Below, piece by piece: positions 1 through 9,662 of a stretch of DNA of 64,000 bases; position 1 is the first letter of the stretch; every line of letters begins with the position of its first letter. The notes below the pieces were generated by a model. The model made no database searches, was not told the origin of the DNA, and was given only the letters and a program-made list of their open reading frames with translations. The position numbers were made by a program, and so were the translations under genes. Origin of the DNA: a virus; IMG/VR virus record IMGVR_UViG_3300045747_000527, positions 127,221-191,220 of that record; one strand, 5' to 3'.

Positions 1-440
1 CCGAAGCCGCCCGAGGCAATCCTCCCAGCGTTGCCCAGTATGCCCTCAGCCGTGCCCATGAGCCCGCTCCCAGACGCCACGCCACTCATCAGCCCGGACC
101 CACGGAAGAACCCGGACATCGCCGCGTACGTCGGGTCCATCATGCTGAACGCCTTGCCCGCCACCCCAGGTAAGAAGCTGCCAGCCAATGCCGCAACGGG
201 CAGCGCAGACTGTGCGATAGACACCCCTGCCCCCAAAACCCGCGGCCCCAGATGCTGACCGTACACGTCATACATGGGCGGGGGCATGGTAAACGCCGCC
301 GGGTCGTACATTGCGGGAGCACTGGCATAGGCTCCTCCACGTCCTTCAGGCCCTATAGAGCCTGCGAAATTGGTCACATTGCCGAACATCGCAGACTGCC
401 CGGTCATCAGGCTGTTGACTTGGTGGCTGGAGAACGGCAT
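1..440 (-). CDS. Gly/Ala/Met/Ser-rich protein, runs off the left edge (possible tape-measure or other virion protein N-terminus)
   Basis: ATG at 440 opens a stop-free frame to the edge (MPFSSHQVNSLMTGQSAMFG...GILGNAGRIASGGF); not in the ORF track; function inferred from composition only. Confidence 0.5.
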   Translation of the reverse strand, partial: MPFSSHQVNSLMTGQSAMFGNVTNFAGSIGPEGRGGAYASAPAMYDPAAFTMPPPMYDVYGQHLGPRVLGAGVSIAQSALPVAALAGSFLPGVAGKAFSMMDPTYAAMSGFFRGSGLMSGVASGSGLMGTAEGILGNAGRIASGGF

Positions 441-493
441 CGCTGTACAGGTTATCACCGAACGGGTCAGTACCTCAATCAATGTCAAGGGCT

Positions 494-520
494 AAAGAAA
501 GAGTCCCCGAAGGGACTCTC
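494..520 (-). terminator. Rho-independent terminator
   Basis: GAGTCCC-CGAA-GGGACTC hairpin, T-tract on minus strand after 526-789. Confidence 0.7.
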
Positions 521-525
521 TCAAA

Positions 526-789
526 CTAGTGCTGTGGTGGCATAGCCGGTTCAGTGGCCCCGCAGATGAGCCTCAGTAGATCTTCTTGAGGAAAGACGAC
601 GCCTCGTTTCGCCTCCTCAAACATGATCTGAGCGAGCGTCTGCGTTGTGATGTCAGCCCCGCCGTCGTGGCCCACGACCTTGAAGCCCTGGCCGCTGCGA
701 AGCACAGCGGCTAGTTCACGCAAGGTCACGTACCTCTTCGTGAAGGTATCGTAGAGCTTTCGATTCGAATAGCGTTTGATGGTTCGCAT
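526..789 (-). CDS. PhaR-like (PHA accumulation regulator) DNA-binding protein
   Basis: IKRYSNRKLYDT..RYVTL..L...DIT.QTLAQI matches the PhaR N-terminal signature. Confidence 0.8.
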   Translation of the reverse strand: MRTIKRYSNRKLYDTFTKRYVTLRELAAVLRSGQGFKVVGHDGGADITTQTLAQIMFEEAKRGVVFPQEDLLRLICGATEPAMPPQH

Positions 790-798
790 GTGATTCTC

Positions 799-1197
799 CT
801 AGAGGGCGTCCATCTGCGCCTGGAGCTCCTCGATTGTGGCGCTCTTCAGTTTCTCGTCCTGCTTCTCGCTGATGAGGGCCATGATCTTCTGCTTCTTCTC
901 CCTGGTCTCCTTGGCCTTCCGTCTTGCCTCACTCTCAGCAAGTCTGATCTGGATGATGTGCTTGACGATTTCGAACATGGCGGGGGTAGTGGTGTCTGCG
1001 GATTCTTCCTTCGGCTTGACGAAAGATTCCTCGTCAACAGCTGCCTTCAACTGCTTGTTGAGACCCTTGGCAATGTCATCGAGACAAGCACGGTTACTTC
1101 TCTCGGTTGTCAACGGCAGGTCCCAAAGGTCCTCCACTGACAGCGTACCCTGGGCTGACTCGTACCGGAACCTCTCGCGTGTCGCTCTTTCGAACAT
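799..1197 (-). CDS. Conserved phage hypothetical protein, coiled-coil C-terminus
   Basis: ATG 1197 (MFERATRERFRY...LSVEDLWDLPL); follows the 670-aa gene. Confidence 0.7.
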   Translation of the reverse strand: MFERATRERFRYESAQGTLSVEDLWDLPLTTERSNRACLDDIAKGLNKQLKAAVDEESFVKPKEESADTTTPAMFEIVKHIIQIRLAESEARRKAKETREKKQKIMALISEKQDEKLKSATIEELQAQMDAL

Positions 1198-1226
1198 GGT
1201 TTCCTTCTTTCTTTTGATTGGGCTGA

Positions 1227-3239
1227 CTAGAACATTACCTTGACCGTTCTGGTGAACGATCCCTTTACCTTGCAGAGTAGGTGACCCCTCTGCGTAGATG
1301 AGAAGCCGATGCCACTCAACTGACTCGCTGACTCCTTCGTCTTTGACTTCGATGCAACGATCTCCAGAACCTTGCGGTGCTGGTTCAGCTCGGGCAGGAG
1401 GAACTCGTTGTAGAACCCCCTGGCCGACCCTGCGTTCAAGCACTCCCTCAACATGAAGAAGTAGTGTTTGTTACCCGTGCCGTCCGTCTCTCCCCAATAG
1501 TTCGGGGACAGCATCACTGCCTCAACAGGAGTGAACTCCTGTGTCTTGATACCCCAGGCTTCTTTGGCTACCTGAGATGATGAAAGCGCCGGGACGATCT
1601 TGAAGCCAGTCTCGTGTGAATACTGGATATCCGCGACGGCAACATTCTCCCCGCCCCTAACTGCCTTGGGGTATGAGAGAGTGTGCACCACTCCGTCAAA
1701 TTCGATCTCTACCTCGAAGCCCACGTCCACTGTCTCTCGCTGACAGAACTGATGGACGCTAAGGCGGTAGACCCCCGGCTTCATTCGTTTTCGATCTAGA
1801 TAGCAGATATTCTCCACCGGAGTTTTGCTTTGCCCGCCCCCGGCGTTCATGTCTACGTCCAAGGCCCCGGTGCCGGAGTTCTTAGCTCCAAAGTAAATCT
1901 CAAACCCTCCAGGTTCCTTCATGTGAAAATCGAGGTCATCGTAATTAGACCACGACAGAGAACACCTGAGGTCCCCGTCCACCTTGCCACCCGCGGACTT
2001 GACCCGCTCCTTGATTGAATCCGCAAAGTCCCCCTGGTAAGACCAGCTGAAGTTGTTCTTCCACTTGAACAGCCGCTTAGCAGTAAGGTCGCAGGGCGCG
2101 ATCAAACTGACGAAGCGATTGAGGTGTTCGTTCTCCACCATCACCTCTAGCGAGGTCGCCTTCGGCAAGACACTGGAGATGAAGTCCTCAATACCGATCT
2201 CCTCGACCTTGTCGAGCTTCTTTGCCGACGCCGCCTTGGGCGTGATTGTGTCGAACACGTCAGCATCCAGCTGCTTCCTGGTCTCGCGGTCTGCGAAGAG
2301 GACGTCGTTGATGGTGATGTCGTCAAGAGTCGCAAACCGTCGTTCAAGCGCAGAGGTCAGGCCAAGCTCCTCTACCTTTGCCCGAGCGTTCTGAATCATG
2401 GCCTTGGTGACCAGGGCAGTCGGCCGTCTATAATTGATCGGTGCGACCTTGGTTTCGAATGCCTTGACCGCCTCGTCCATCTCCTTCCCCTCAGACAAAT
2501 CCACCAGTAGCGTTCCTATGACGGTGTTGCGGATACGGGACACGGATAGATGCGTACTGGCGGCGAGTGACCAGCAAAAGAGAGACTGCTTCTTGGCCGA
2601 GGTCAGCTTGTCAAAGTCCACCTTGAGCTTCCGGAACTTATCGAGCACAGGCTTGTGCTCCTCCCCGCGGTAGAGGCTGTTCTGGCCGATGAGTTCGAGA
2701 ACAGTATCGACGGACTCCAGGCTGAGCTCCTGAAGAGAGCGGAGCATGACATCATAGGTTGCTCGCGCTTCACCGAGCCGGGTTCCGATGTCCCTCTTGG
2801 AAGCAACGATACCGTCAGGAAGTCTGAAGTAGAAGTGTTCCCACTCTTTGATCCCAGCGTCTCCCTCTTCGTAATTCCTATCCGTGCCGACCACGGATTC
2901 CGCATGAAGGTAGACGTTGTCCACGTCACAGGACTTGACGAACTCTGACATCGCGTCCGCTACTGGCTGGTAGTTGCCCGCCACCTTCACGTCCCACACG
3001 CTAACCAACTTGTGATCTTTGACGTACACGAGTCCGCCGATGTTCCGGATGAAGTGCCGGCAGCAAGAACAGTCGTGCTCTGTGCGTTCACGGAACTTGG
3101 GATTGGCACCTTCGGGAAAAGAAGACAGGTACGTCTCCCACAGCTTGTCTCCTTCAACCCTAACCCGAAGAAGCGTACCTCCTGCCACCATCTTGGCGAA
3201 CTGCCGTTGTACCGCGGTCTTGATAAGTGTGAAATCCAT
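1227..3239 (-). CDS. 670-aa conserved phage protein with a YfaP/DUF2135-like module
   Basis: Long ORF with upstream promoter motif; LRCSLSWSNYDDLDFH...GALDVDMN...VENI segment. Confidence 0.75.
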   Translation of the reverse strand: MDFTLIKTAVQRQFAKMVAGGTLLRVRVEGDKLWETYLSSFPEGANPKFRERTEHDCSCCRHFIRNIGGLVYVKDHKLVSVWDVKVAGNYQPVADAMSEFVKSCDVDNVYLHAESVVGTDRNYEEGDAGIKEWEHFYFRLPDGIVASKRDIGTRLGEARATYDVMLRSLQELSLESVDTVLELIGQNSLYRGEEHKPVLDKFRKLKVDFDKLTSAKKQSLFCWSLAASTHLSVSRIRNTVIGTLLVDLSEGKEMDEAVKAFETKVAPINYRRPTALVTKAMIQNARAKVEELGLTSALERRFATLDDITINDVLFADRETRKQLDADVFDTITPKAASAKKLDKVEEIGIEDFISSVLPKATSLEVMVENEHLNRFVSLIAPCDLTAKRLFKWKNNFSWSYQGDFADSIKERVKSAGGKVDGDLRCSLSWSNYDDLDFHMKEPGGFEIYFGAKNSGTGALDVDMNAGGGQSKTPVENICYLDRKRMKPGVYRLSVHQFCQRETVDVGFEVEIEFDGVVHTLSYPKAVRGGENVAVADIQYSHETGFKIVPALSSSQVAKEAWGIKTQEFTPVEAVMLSPNYWGETDGTGNKHYFFMLRECLNAGSARGFYNEFLLPELNQHRKVLEIVASKSKTKESASQLSGIGFSSTQRGHLLCKVKGSFTRTVKVMF

Positions 3240-3321
3240 CGTGACTCCTTTGTGGACTGATCATTGGGCATGGCTACGCCCCACCAGGGTCAATAGCCTA
3301 CGGCTAAGCCCAGTCACAGTT

Positions 3322-3349
3322 CTTATACCGTGATCTGCGTGGGAATTAC
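3322..3349 (-). promoter_or_regulatory. Phage promoter GTAATT-N14-GGTATAAG
   Basis: Recurrent motif upstream of 3239. Confidence 0.7.
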
Positions 3350-3533
3350 GCCAGAGGCCACACGACGATCTCATAGCTGACGCACTTCGGCTACAGTGGT
3401 TGCAGCCGAAGTGCGTTATGCTCTGAAAAACTTAGATCATACGTGGCATAAGTATAGTGACGTCCCCAGGACGCTGAGGAACGAGGAAGCGCAGCCAGCA
3501 GAACGAAGGCCGCCAGCCGAAAGGCAAGGTGAG

Positions 3534-3908
3534 TCAGGTTCGCTGGGAGGAGCCGTGCGAATCCGTTTTTTTCTCGCCCAATCCTGGAACAGCCGCTTTG
3601 GGGGCCGCGGGTACTGGTGGTGGTGGTGGTGCAACTGGGGGCTTTGTGAAGGCAGCCATGGCCGCATCCCGAGTTGCATTACTCCTTCTCGGCGTCACCT
3701 TCTTCATATCCCTGGTGACGTCTTCCCAGTGCGTGGCCACCACTTCTCTGCACCCGGTACACAGGTCAGAGAAGGTCACGGTCTTACCCATGAACGTGCA
3801 AGAGAACACAGCCACGTCCTTGAGGTTCTCTTCCCCCGGCGTGGTACCTACGTGTTCGACTTTCTTACAGCGGTCACATCTCAACTCTACGACAACTTTG
3901 CGTCCCAT
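3534..3908 (-). CDS. Hypothetical Zn-binding protein, Pro-rich tail
   Basis: CDRC and CTGC motifs; RBS-like GAGG before ATG 3908. Confidence 0.55.
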   Translation of the reverse strand: MGRKVVVELRCDRCKKVEHVGTTPGEENLKDVAVFSCTFMGKTVTFSDLCTGCREVVATHWEDVTRDMKKVTPRRSNATRDAAMAAFTKPPVAPPPPPVPAAPKAAVPGLGEKKTDSHGSSQRT

Positions 3909-3918
3909 TTTTCCGTCC

Positions 3919-4155
3919 TCAATCCTTGGTACTTGCAGCCGTCTGCGCATGTAGGATCTTCCATGCCAGGTATGTCTTCAGCAGGGTTCTCTCTACCGGC
4001 ACCAGCCGATCCTGCTCCATGCCGACCATGTGCCTGCTGAACGCATCCACTTCAGCGTTCATTGCGGCCGCCAGCTCTGCGTTGTTGCATTCCTTGGCCG
4101 TCTGCCTGCCATCCGGCAAGGCCAGGTTGATTTCAATAGCTTGCTTGATTTGCAT
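3919..4155 (-). CDS. Hypothetical protein
   Basis: 78-aa ORF with GGAGG RBS. Confidence 0.55.
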   Translation of the reverse strand: MQIKQAIEINLALPDGRQTAKECNNAELAAAMNAEVDAFSRHMVGMEQDRLVPVERTLLKTYLAWKILHAQTAASTKD

Positions 4156-4165
4156 GTGCCTCCGA

Positions 4166-4193
4166 GAAAGATTCTACATTACGGGGGTATAAG
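4166..4193 (+). promoter_or_regulatory. Phage promoter GAAAGA-N14-GGTATAAG
   Basis: Recurrent motif upstream of the ligase. Confidence 0.7.
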
Positions 4194-4229
4194 ATCTGCA
4201 GATATCTGCTAGCCAACAAGGAGATCTGC

Positions 4230-5564
4230 ATGAACGCAAGACACGAGCTACACCAAAAACGAGGCCTCAGCACAGAAAGATTCTGGATCATAGAATGCCG
4301 TGATGACATCCTCACCACTGAGTGGGGGGCGGTAGAAGGCGGCGTCCGCAAGAGGCACGGCAGAACAGAAGACACCATCAAAGCGAAAGGCAAGCTGGGT
4401 ACCGCAGCATTCGTGTCAGCCAATGAGAATGCTGTTTTCAACATGGAGCGGGAAATCCGCAAGAAGATGGAGGAGGGATACGAAGACATCCTCAGCACCA
4501 GGAAGCAAGTCACCAATGGCGACCAGATCTCCCATGACGTCGCACTCTTCAAGAACCTGGCCTTCTGCAAGCCGGCCAAGAAGCCCAGCAAGACCGTGAT
4601 GGGGAGACACGACATCATCGGAACCGTGAAGTTCAATGGCGAGACTGTGATCGCCCACAGGATGAGCAACGGCAAGGCCAAGATATACAGCCGCCGAATC
4701 ATCGACATCACAGATTGGTTCCCCCAGCTGATCTCCTTCATGGAATCCCCAGCCGTGCCAACCAAGAGCATCCTGATGTTCGAAGGACACATGGGCCGCG
4801 GTGCCACCAGAAAAGACGCGCTCAAGGCCGCCTCCATCTTCCGCTCGAAAGCCCCACTAGCTCTGGAGAAACAGGAACAGAACGGCTGGATGTCGTTCTA
4901 CTTGTTCCGCGCTCCATTCTGGGATGGTGAGCCCTACGAGCAGCGCTACACAAATCGAGACCAGATACTCTGGATGGAAGACATACTGTCTCCGCTCCTA
5001 CGGAAATTCTCCTGGAGAGACCAAAAGCTGCTGAAGCCCATACAGGTAGTGCGGAACCTAACCGTGGATTCCGCACTCGCTCACGCCCGCGCGAACAAGC
5101 TGGAAGGCTTGGTCGGCTATCTGCCCGAAGCGTGTATGGGAGATCAAGCATGGTCGTTCAACGGCAAACCCACCAGGCCAAACCACTTCTTCAAACTGAA
5201 GATCGACGAAGAAGATGACTTCGTCATCAAGTTCAACCCAGAGAAGGGCCACGGTACCTGGGGTACCGGGAAGAACCAGAAGCGTGTTGGTACGTTTGCC
5301 ATGTATCAGTACGGGGCTGGAGGAACCTTGGTGTACTGCGGTGACGTAGGAACGGGATTCTCTGATGAAGATCGCGAGGATGTCATAGCCTGGATGAAGT
5401 CAGCTGGGCAGACGTGGGAAGGCGTTGCTGAAGTCCGCTATGAGACGAGATTCCTCATCTCAGCTGGGGACAAGAGCAACGCTATCCAACTTCCTCGAAT
5501 CGTTCGGTTCCGCGAGGATAAGGGCGCCACAGAGTGTATCTGTGAGGCCCTCATCGAAGAGTAG
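4230..5564 (+). CDS. ATP-dependent DNA ligase with N-terminal WGR-like domain
   Basis: KFNG (motif I), MFEG, EGLVG, FKLK, GDVGTGFSD, LPRIVRFREDK. Confidence 0.9.
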   Translation: MNARHELHQKRGLSTERFWIIECRDDILTTEWGAVEGGVRKRHGRTEDTIKAKGKLGTAAFVSANENAVFNMEREIRKKMEEGYEDILSTRKQVTNGDQISHDVALFKNLAFCKPAKKPSKTVMGRHDIIGTVKFNGETVIAHRMSNGKAKIYSRRIIDITDWFPQLISFMESPAVPTKSILMFEGHMGRGATRKDALKAASIFRSKAPLALEKQEQNGWMSFYLFRAPFWDGEPYEQRYTNRDQILWMEDILSPLLRKFSWRDQKLLKPIQVVRNLTVDSALAHARANKLEGLVGYLPEACMGDQAWSFNGKPTRPNHFFKLKIDEEDDFVIKFNPEKGHGTWGTGKNQKRVGTFAMYQYGAGGTLVYCGDVGTGFSDEDREDVIAWMKSAGQTWEGVAEVRYETRFLISAGDKSNAIQLPRIVRFREDKGATECICEALIEE

Positions 5565-5713
5565 TCTGAGTGAACTTCCGCCCGCACTGGCCACAGGTAA
5601 AACCAGTGCGGGCATCACCCACAGCGTACCCCGTCTTGCAGTGGGGACACCGAATCTTGCGGTAAGCGGCACCGTGCCCAGAACTTTTCACCACTACTTT
5701 TTCTTTCGCCACA

Positions 5714-6487
5714 TCAGCCTCCAAATTCCGTAACCGTTTCAGCGTTTGCAGTCTCGATCACTGAAGGGTTCGGGTTCGGGCCCTTCGCCGCCTCTGCCTC
5801 TTTTTTCGCCTTTATGCGGGCGACCATGAACACCGCGTCCATGATGAGCTTGGCGTTGATCTGCTCCATCTTCTCTTTGCGCAGGTCTGTCTTCTCATCC
5901 GCCAGGAACTTCGCAGTGCTCCTCACCTTAGCGATTTCCCGTGTCAGATCAGAGAGGAAGCGGTTCACCGCCTGAGTTCTGGCGTCCGTGACTGGACCGA
6001 GCTCCGCGCGAAGCTCCAGCTCAAAAGCCGGCAGGTCAGGCTCCAAGGCGTCAACACGCTCAGACAGGGCGCTGACCTCATCCTTGTACGCCTGCAGCTT
6101 CTCAGCCTCGACGTCATCTTCCGCGGCTCTGTAGTAGAAGCCCCAATCGATACCTTCGTTCAGTATCTGAACAGGAAATGCTGACTTCTGGAAATCAGTC
6201 TCGACCTCGTCAGTCTGAGGCTTTGGCCACAACTGGAGAGCGCCACAGAATAGAGCCTGGGCGACCTTGGAGATAGCGCGCTGATTGATCTCAGATGCAT
6301 CGAGTCCGCGCTTCATCTCTTGGTGATTACGGAACAATGTTCCGACGCTATCCTGAACCGACGCCTCCAGCTTACTTAGGCGGTCGTTCAGTTCCGCCAG
6401 CGGGTTTGCTGACTTTCCTACCTTTTTTCCCAGGCGCTCCTGCCGTCTTTGATTCGCCTTCTCGCTTCTCTTCTGGTGTCGATTCAT
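5714..6487 (-). CDS. Hypothetical coiled-coil protein
   Basis: 257-aa ORF. Confidence 0.65.
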   Translation of the reverse strand: MNRHQKRSEKANQRRQERLGKKVGKSANPLAELNDRLSKLEASVQDSVGTLFRNHQEMKRGLDASEINQRAISKVAQALFCGALQLWPKPQTDEVETDFQKSAFPVQILNEGIDWGFYYRAAEDDVEAEKLQAYKDEVSALSERVDALEPDLPAFELELRAELGPVTDARTQAVNRFLSDLTREIAKVRSTAKFLADEKTDLRKEKMEQINAKLIMDAVFMVARIKAKKEAEAAKGPNPNPSVIETANAETVTEFGG

Positions 6488-6746
6488 TCTTGGCCACCTC
6501 TGTCGTTTCTAGGGTTGAGATCTCTTGTTGAAGTTGTTCGACGGTAGCTTCCATCTGAAACTGCGCGTCCATGATGATATCTTGTGGCACCACTCCGATA
6601 CCGCCCTTCGAAGAAATACCCAGCTTCGCTGGAGTGCTATCTCCGTCCAGAAACTTCGCCAGGTGCTCCTTGAGCTCTGTCCAAAGGGCAATCTCATGCA
6701 GCATGCGGTCGCGATCTGAAATCATATCCTGAAGAGTAGTGCCCAT
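6372..6746 (-). CDS. Hypothetical protein
   Basis: 124-aa ORF, GGAG RBS. Confidence 0.55.
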   Translation of the reverse strand: MGTTLQDMISDRDRMLHEIALWTELKEHLAKFLDGDSTPAKLGISSKGGIGVVPQDIIMDAQFQMEATVEQLQQEISTLETTEVAKNESTPEEKREGESKTAGAPGKKGRKVSKPAGGTERPPK

Positions 6747-6929
6747 GAAAAAACTCCGGTGTTGTCGGTATAAGGGTTTTGTTCTCGCTCGTGGATGAAA
6801 GAGAAGTCGCTGGTGGTGACAGGTGCCCGCCGCCGGAGATGAGGGTACAGAAGACCTTCAGAGAGAGGATAGCAGTCGGGGTCGAAAGTTGTGAATCAGC
6901 TGGACTGGACTGTTCTTTGGTCCTTCTAC

Positions 6930-7613
6930 TCATGAGTTGATAAATGCTTGGAATCTAGAGACGAGGTCCGCCCCAGCAGAAACGTCTTTGATCACGTTTT
7001 TTAGCGGGTACACGACCTTGTGCCGGACCCGGCGGGCCACGTCCACCAGCTCACTACCCGCATTTTTTTCGATCTCCAGAGCCGTCTGCTTCTGCAGGTT
7101 AGCATGATGGGAAAGCAGCACGATGTCCGCGTTAGCCTCCAGGTACATGTAGTTGTTGAAGATGCTCCGGGCCCAGTCCTTCGCTGTCAGCCTCAGGCCG
7201 CGCTCGCCCCACAGGTCTCTGGCAAGGTACACCCTCTCGCACTTAGGGCACAAGACCTTCGCTGGCGCTGTGGGGTCCGCGTTCTCGCTGATGTCCACGA
7301 TGGTGTGCTCCGGCGGGTAGATGACTCCGTGGCAGCCACTATCCGCGCACAGGTACACCTTTGTGTCACCGCCACCGTGTAGCTTATCCCCACTGAGAAG
7401 GAAGTACATGATACCGAAGAATGGCTTCCAGGTGGACCGCTCCTCGTGGATGTGAATCTCCAGCTTGTACTTGGCCCGCGCATCCCTCTTGAAGAGCTCA
7501 TCCAGAGCCTTCATGCGCTTCTCTACAGCATCACGTTCCTGGGCATTGAGCTCTGCCAGGTTCGTGCCGCCCAATTGATCTCTCAGAAAACTGACTTCCT
7601 TTACGTCAGACAT
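6930..7613 (-). CDS. Hypothetical protein with Cys pairs (Zn ribbon)
   Basis: CADSGC and CPKC; GGAGG RBS. Confidence 0.65.
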   Translation of the reverse strand: MSDVKEVSFLRDQLGGTNLAELNAQERDAVEKRMKALDELFKRDARAKYKLEIHIHEERSTWKPFFGIMYFLLSGDKLHGGGDTKVYLCADSGCHGVIYPPEHTIVDISENADPTAPAKVLCPKCERVYLARDLWGERGLRLTAKDWARSIFNNYMYLEANADIVLLSHHANLQKQTALEIEKNAGSELVDVARRVRHKVVYPLKNVIKDVSAGADLVSRFQAFINS

Positions 7614-8062
7614 CAGCCTTTACCTCCTACTGGGTGAGCACCCTTCTGTGAAGGTCCTCCCCGTGCCAACCCTGGGGACTTGACGTTGAACGAACCCGTT
7701 GTCGGTCTCCACGCCCCGCGGAGAGGGAAACTATCAACTTCTACGTGTGCCGGGGCACGCAGCAGCTTACTGATCTCAGTTGCCGCGGCTGCGATGTCAG
7801 TGGCGTTGATGATGACGTTCCAGCCGTAGACCATCGCCCCGTCCTTGAGGAAGTACTGCTGGCAAATATGTTCGGTCCACTCCTTCCGCCCTTGCAGAAG
7901 CCTCTCCACCACCTCGCACCACTCTTTCTTGTGCGTGACTCGGCAAAGAAGTCTGATCTGAGTCTTTCCCACCTCAGTCTTGACCACGTGTACGTAGCCC
8001 AGGCCCTCAAGGCTCTCGGTCAGCGTTTCCATGTACTTCTCAGGACTCATGTCATTCCTCAT
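7613..8062 (-). CDS. Hypothetical protein
   Basis: Stop/start coupling with the neighbouring gene. Confidence 0.6.
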   Translation of the reverse strand: MRNDMSPEKYMETLTESLEGLGYVHVVKTEVGKTQIRLLCRVTHKKEWCEVVERLLQGRKEWTEHICQQYFLKDGAMVYGWNVIINATDIAAAATEISKLLRAPAHVEVDSFPLRGAWRPTTGSFNVKSPGLARGGPSQKGAHPVGGKG

Positions 8063-8810
8063 CTATGTTGGGGACGATGCCCGTGTCCACCTTTTGTATG
8101 ATCTCCCTTAGCTCCGCCATCACACGCTCAATATTGTGGATGACAAGCTCCAAGAGACCCAGTGAGGCGGTGGTACCTGACCAAGTAACCAGCTTCATCA
8201 ACCGGCCCTCATCCTCTACAGTGCGGACTCGGGCCCTAATGCCATTGTACGCCTTCTGGAAGACGCGGAGATCTTCTGTGTGCTCCGCCAGCTCCAGAAC
8301 TACGAGCCTCCTTGAGACTCCTTCTTCACCGACAGAATGTGCTGTTCCCGCAGGTGGTTCAAGAGCTGCAACTCCCGCTCCACTCCCTTGGCTGCCTCCT
8401 CCCTCAATGAGGCGCAGAGTTTGGGGTCGGACAGAGCCGTCATGTTCTCCCTCAGCCACGTCAATGTACTCTGAAACGCGATCAGGTTGATCCTGGTTTC
8501 TTCGATCTCCTGTTGAATGCTCCGTACCGACATCGTCTAGCCTCCGTATGACTGTGTGGGTCTTCCCGATCAAATATAAGTTGACCAGATGGATCGTTGA
8601 ATCTCTGCCGTATCTCCGAAACCAAGTCGTCACCAGAGAGACTACCTTCTCTACAGCACCCTCCCGCGGGAAATTGGGGTTCGACAGGTGCAAGTACTCA
8701 CCTATGGTTTCCCTGAGGCTATCCTCTGAGGGCATGAGGTTATCCGGCAGACGCCGTAGGCGCTCTACGAGCCCTGGGATACCCTCGACGCTGGTCTCTT
8801 GCTCACTCAT
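8052..8810 (-). CDS. Hypothetical protein (contains nested out-of-frame ORF)
   Basis: 252-aa ORF coupled to neighbours. Confidence 0.5.
   Translation of the reverse strand: MSEQETSVEGIPGLVERLRRLPDNLMPSEDSLRETIGEYLHLSNPNFPREGAVEKVVSLVTTWFRRYGRDSTIHLVNLYLIGKTHTVIRRLDDVGTEHSTGDRRNQDQPDRVSEYIDVAEGEHDGSVRPQTLRLIEGGGSQGSGAGVAALEPPAGTAHSVGEEGVSRRLVVLELAEHTEDLRVFQKAYNGIRARVRTVEDEGRLMKLVTWSGTTASLGLLELVIHNIERVMAELREIIQKVDTGIVPNIDEE
8300..8533 (-). CDS. Nested coiled-coil ORF
   Basis: GGAGG RBS, heptad-like 77 aa. Confidence 0.4.
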   Translation of the reverse strand: MSVRSIQQEIEETRINLIAFQSTLTWLRENMTALSDPKLCASLREEAAKGVERELQLLNHLREQHILSVKKESQGGS

Positions 8811-9154
8811 GCCGCTGGCTTTCTCTTTTCCGCGGCAACTCGACGACGCTCAGTGAAGAACTTCCGGATGGTATCAACCGTGGTCTCGTAGCAGAACAGC
8901 ACGCCGCCTGCCTTGACCGATGCGATCACTTGGTGGTCAACCCCGCCGTCGCTGGTGGGCACCTCAAACAACTGCAGCTCCACCAACTTCTTCAGCGGTG
9001 CCTTCTGTGCATTTCCGATCTTGTCTTCACTCATCTTGGCCTCCGTATCCGGGACCAGCTTGAGCTTCCTACACTCGTAGCAAGCCAGCTCGTCCCCAAT
9101 CTTCTGTAGCCCTTTCGGGCACACGTGCTCTGAGCACCCTGGGCACCTAGGCAT
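8807..9154 (-). CDS. Hypothetical Zn-finger protein
   Basis: MPRCPGC...CYEC; GGAG RBS. Confidence 0.55.
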   Translation of the reverse strand: MPRCPGCSEHVCPKGLQKIGDELACYECRKLKLVPDTEAKMSEDKIGNAQKAPLKKLVELQLFEVPTSDGGVDHQVIASVKAGGVLFCYETTVDTIRKFFTERRRVAAEKRKPAA

Positions 9155-9653
9155 TGTAGGACTCCACGTCGCACACGATGAAGCTGAGATCGTCTCCCTG
9201 ATACCTAGGCTCAGCATGCAGAATCTTCAAAACGCGGCCGTCCTTCACGTACACGACACGGTCTGGGGTAGAGAACTGTGCTGCAGCCCCCCGGCCGTGC
9301 GGTCCAATGACTTTCACGATCATCTTTCCCAGTGAGGTAAAGCCCACGTAAGCCGAGGTCTCTACCTCCTGCTCTCCTCTAGTTCGCCACCGCTGGGTGG
9401 CCTTTATCCTGGTCTTGCTGAAGCAAGACTCCAGGTCGGGTTCCGTTTCTTTGATCTCTGGTAGCGCGTCCCTTTCCAGGAGCTCCGCTACTTTCTGCAC
9501 CACAGCCACGAGCTCCTCCTGAGTCTGCGACCTGTTCATCGCGGCGTCTATCTCAGACAAGTCAGTGCTCTCGCCGCCCCAGATGCGGCAAAGGGCTACA
9601 ACGGACTCCGGGATGATCCCACTCTCGATCAATAATCGTGTTGACTCTTTCAT
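9147..9653 (-). CDS. Hypothetical protein
   Basis: 168-aa ORF, RBS. Confidence 0.6.
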   Translation of the reverse strand: MKESTRLLIESGIIPESVVALCRIWGGESTDLSEIDAAMNRSQTQEELVAVVQKVAELLERDALPEIKETEPDLESCFSKTRIKATQRWRTRGEQEVETSAYVGFTSLGKMIVKVIGPHGRGAAAQFSTPDRVVYVKDGRVLKILHAEPRYQGDDLSFIVCDVESYNA

Positions 9654-9662
9654 GACACTCTC

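Noticed and set aside
3396-4040. 214-aa plus-strand ORF and similar antisense ORFs (e.g. 48362-49174, 60166-60960)
   Set aside because: Antisense shadows of better-supported genes
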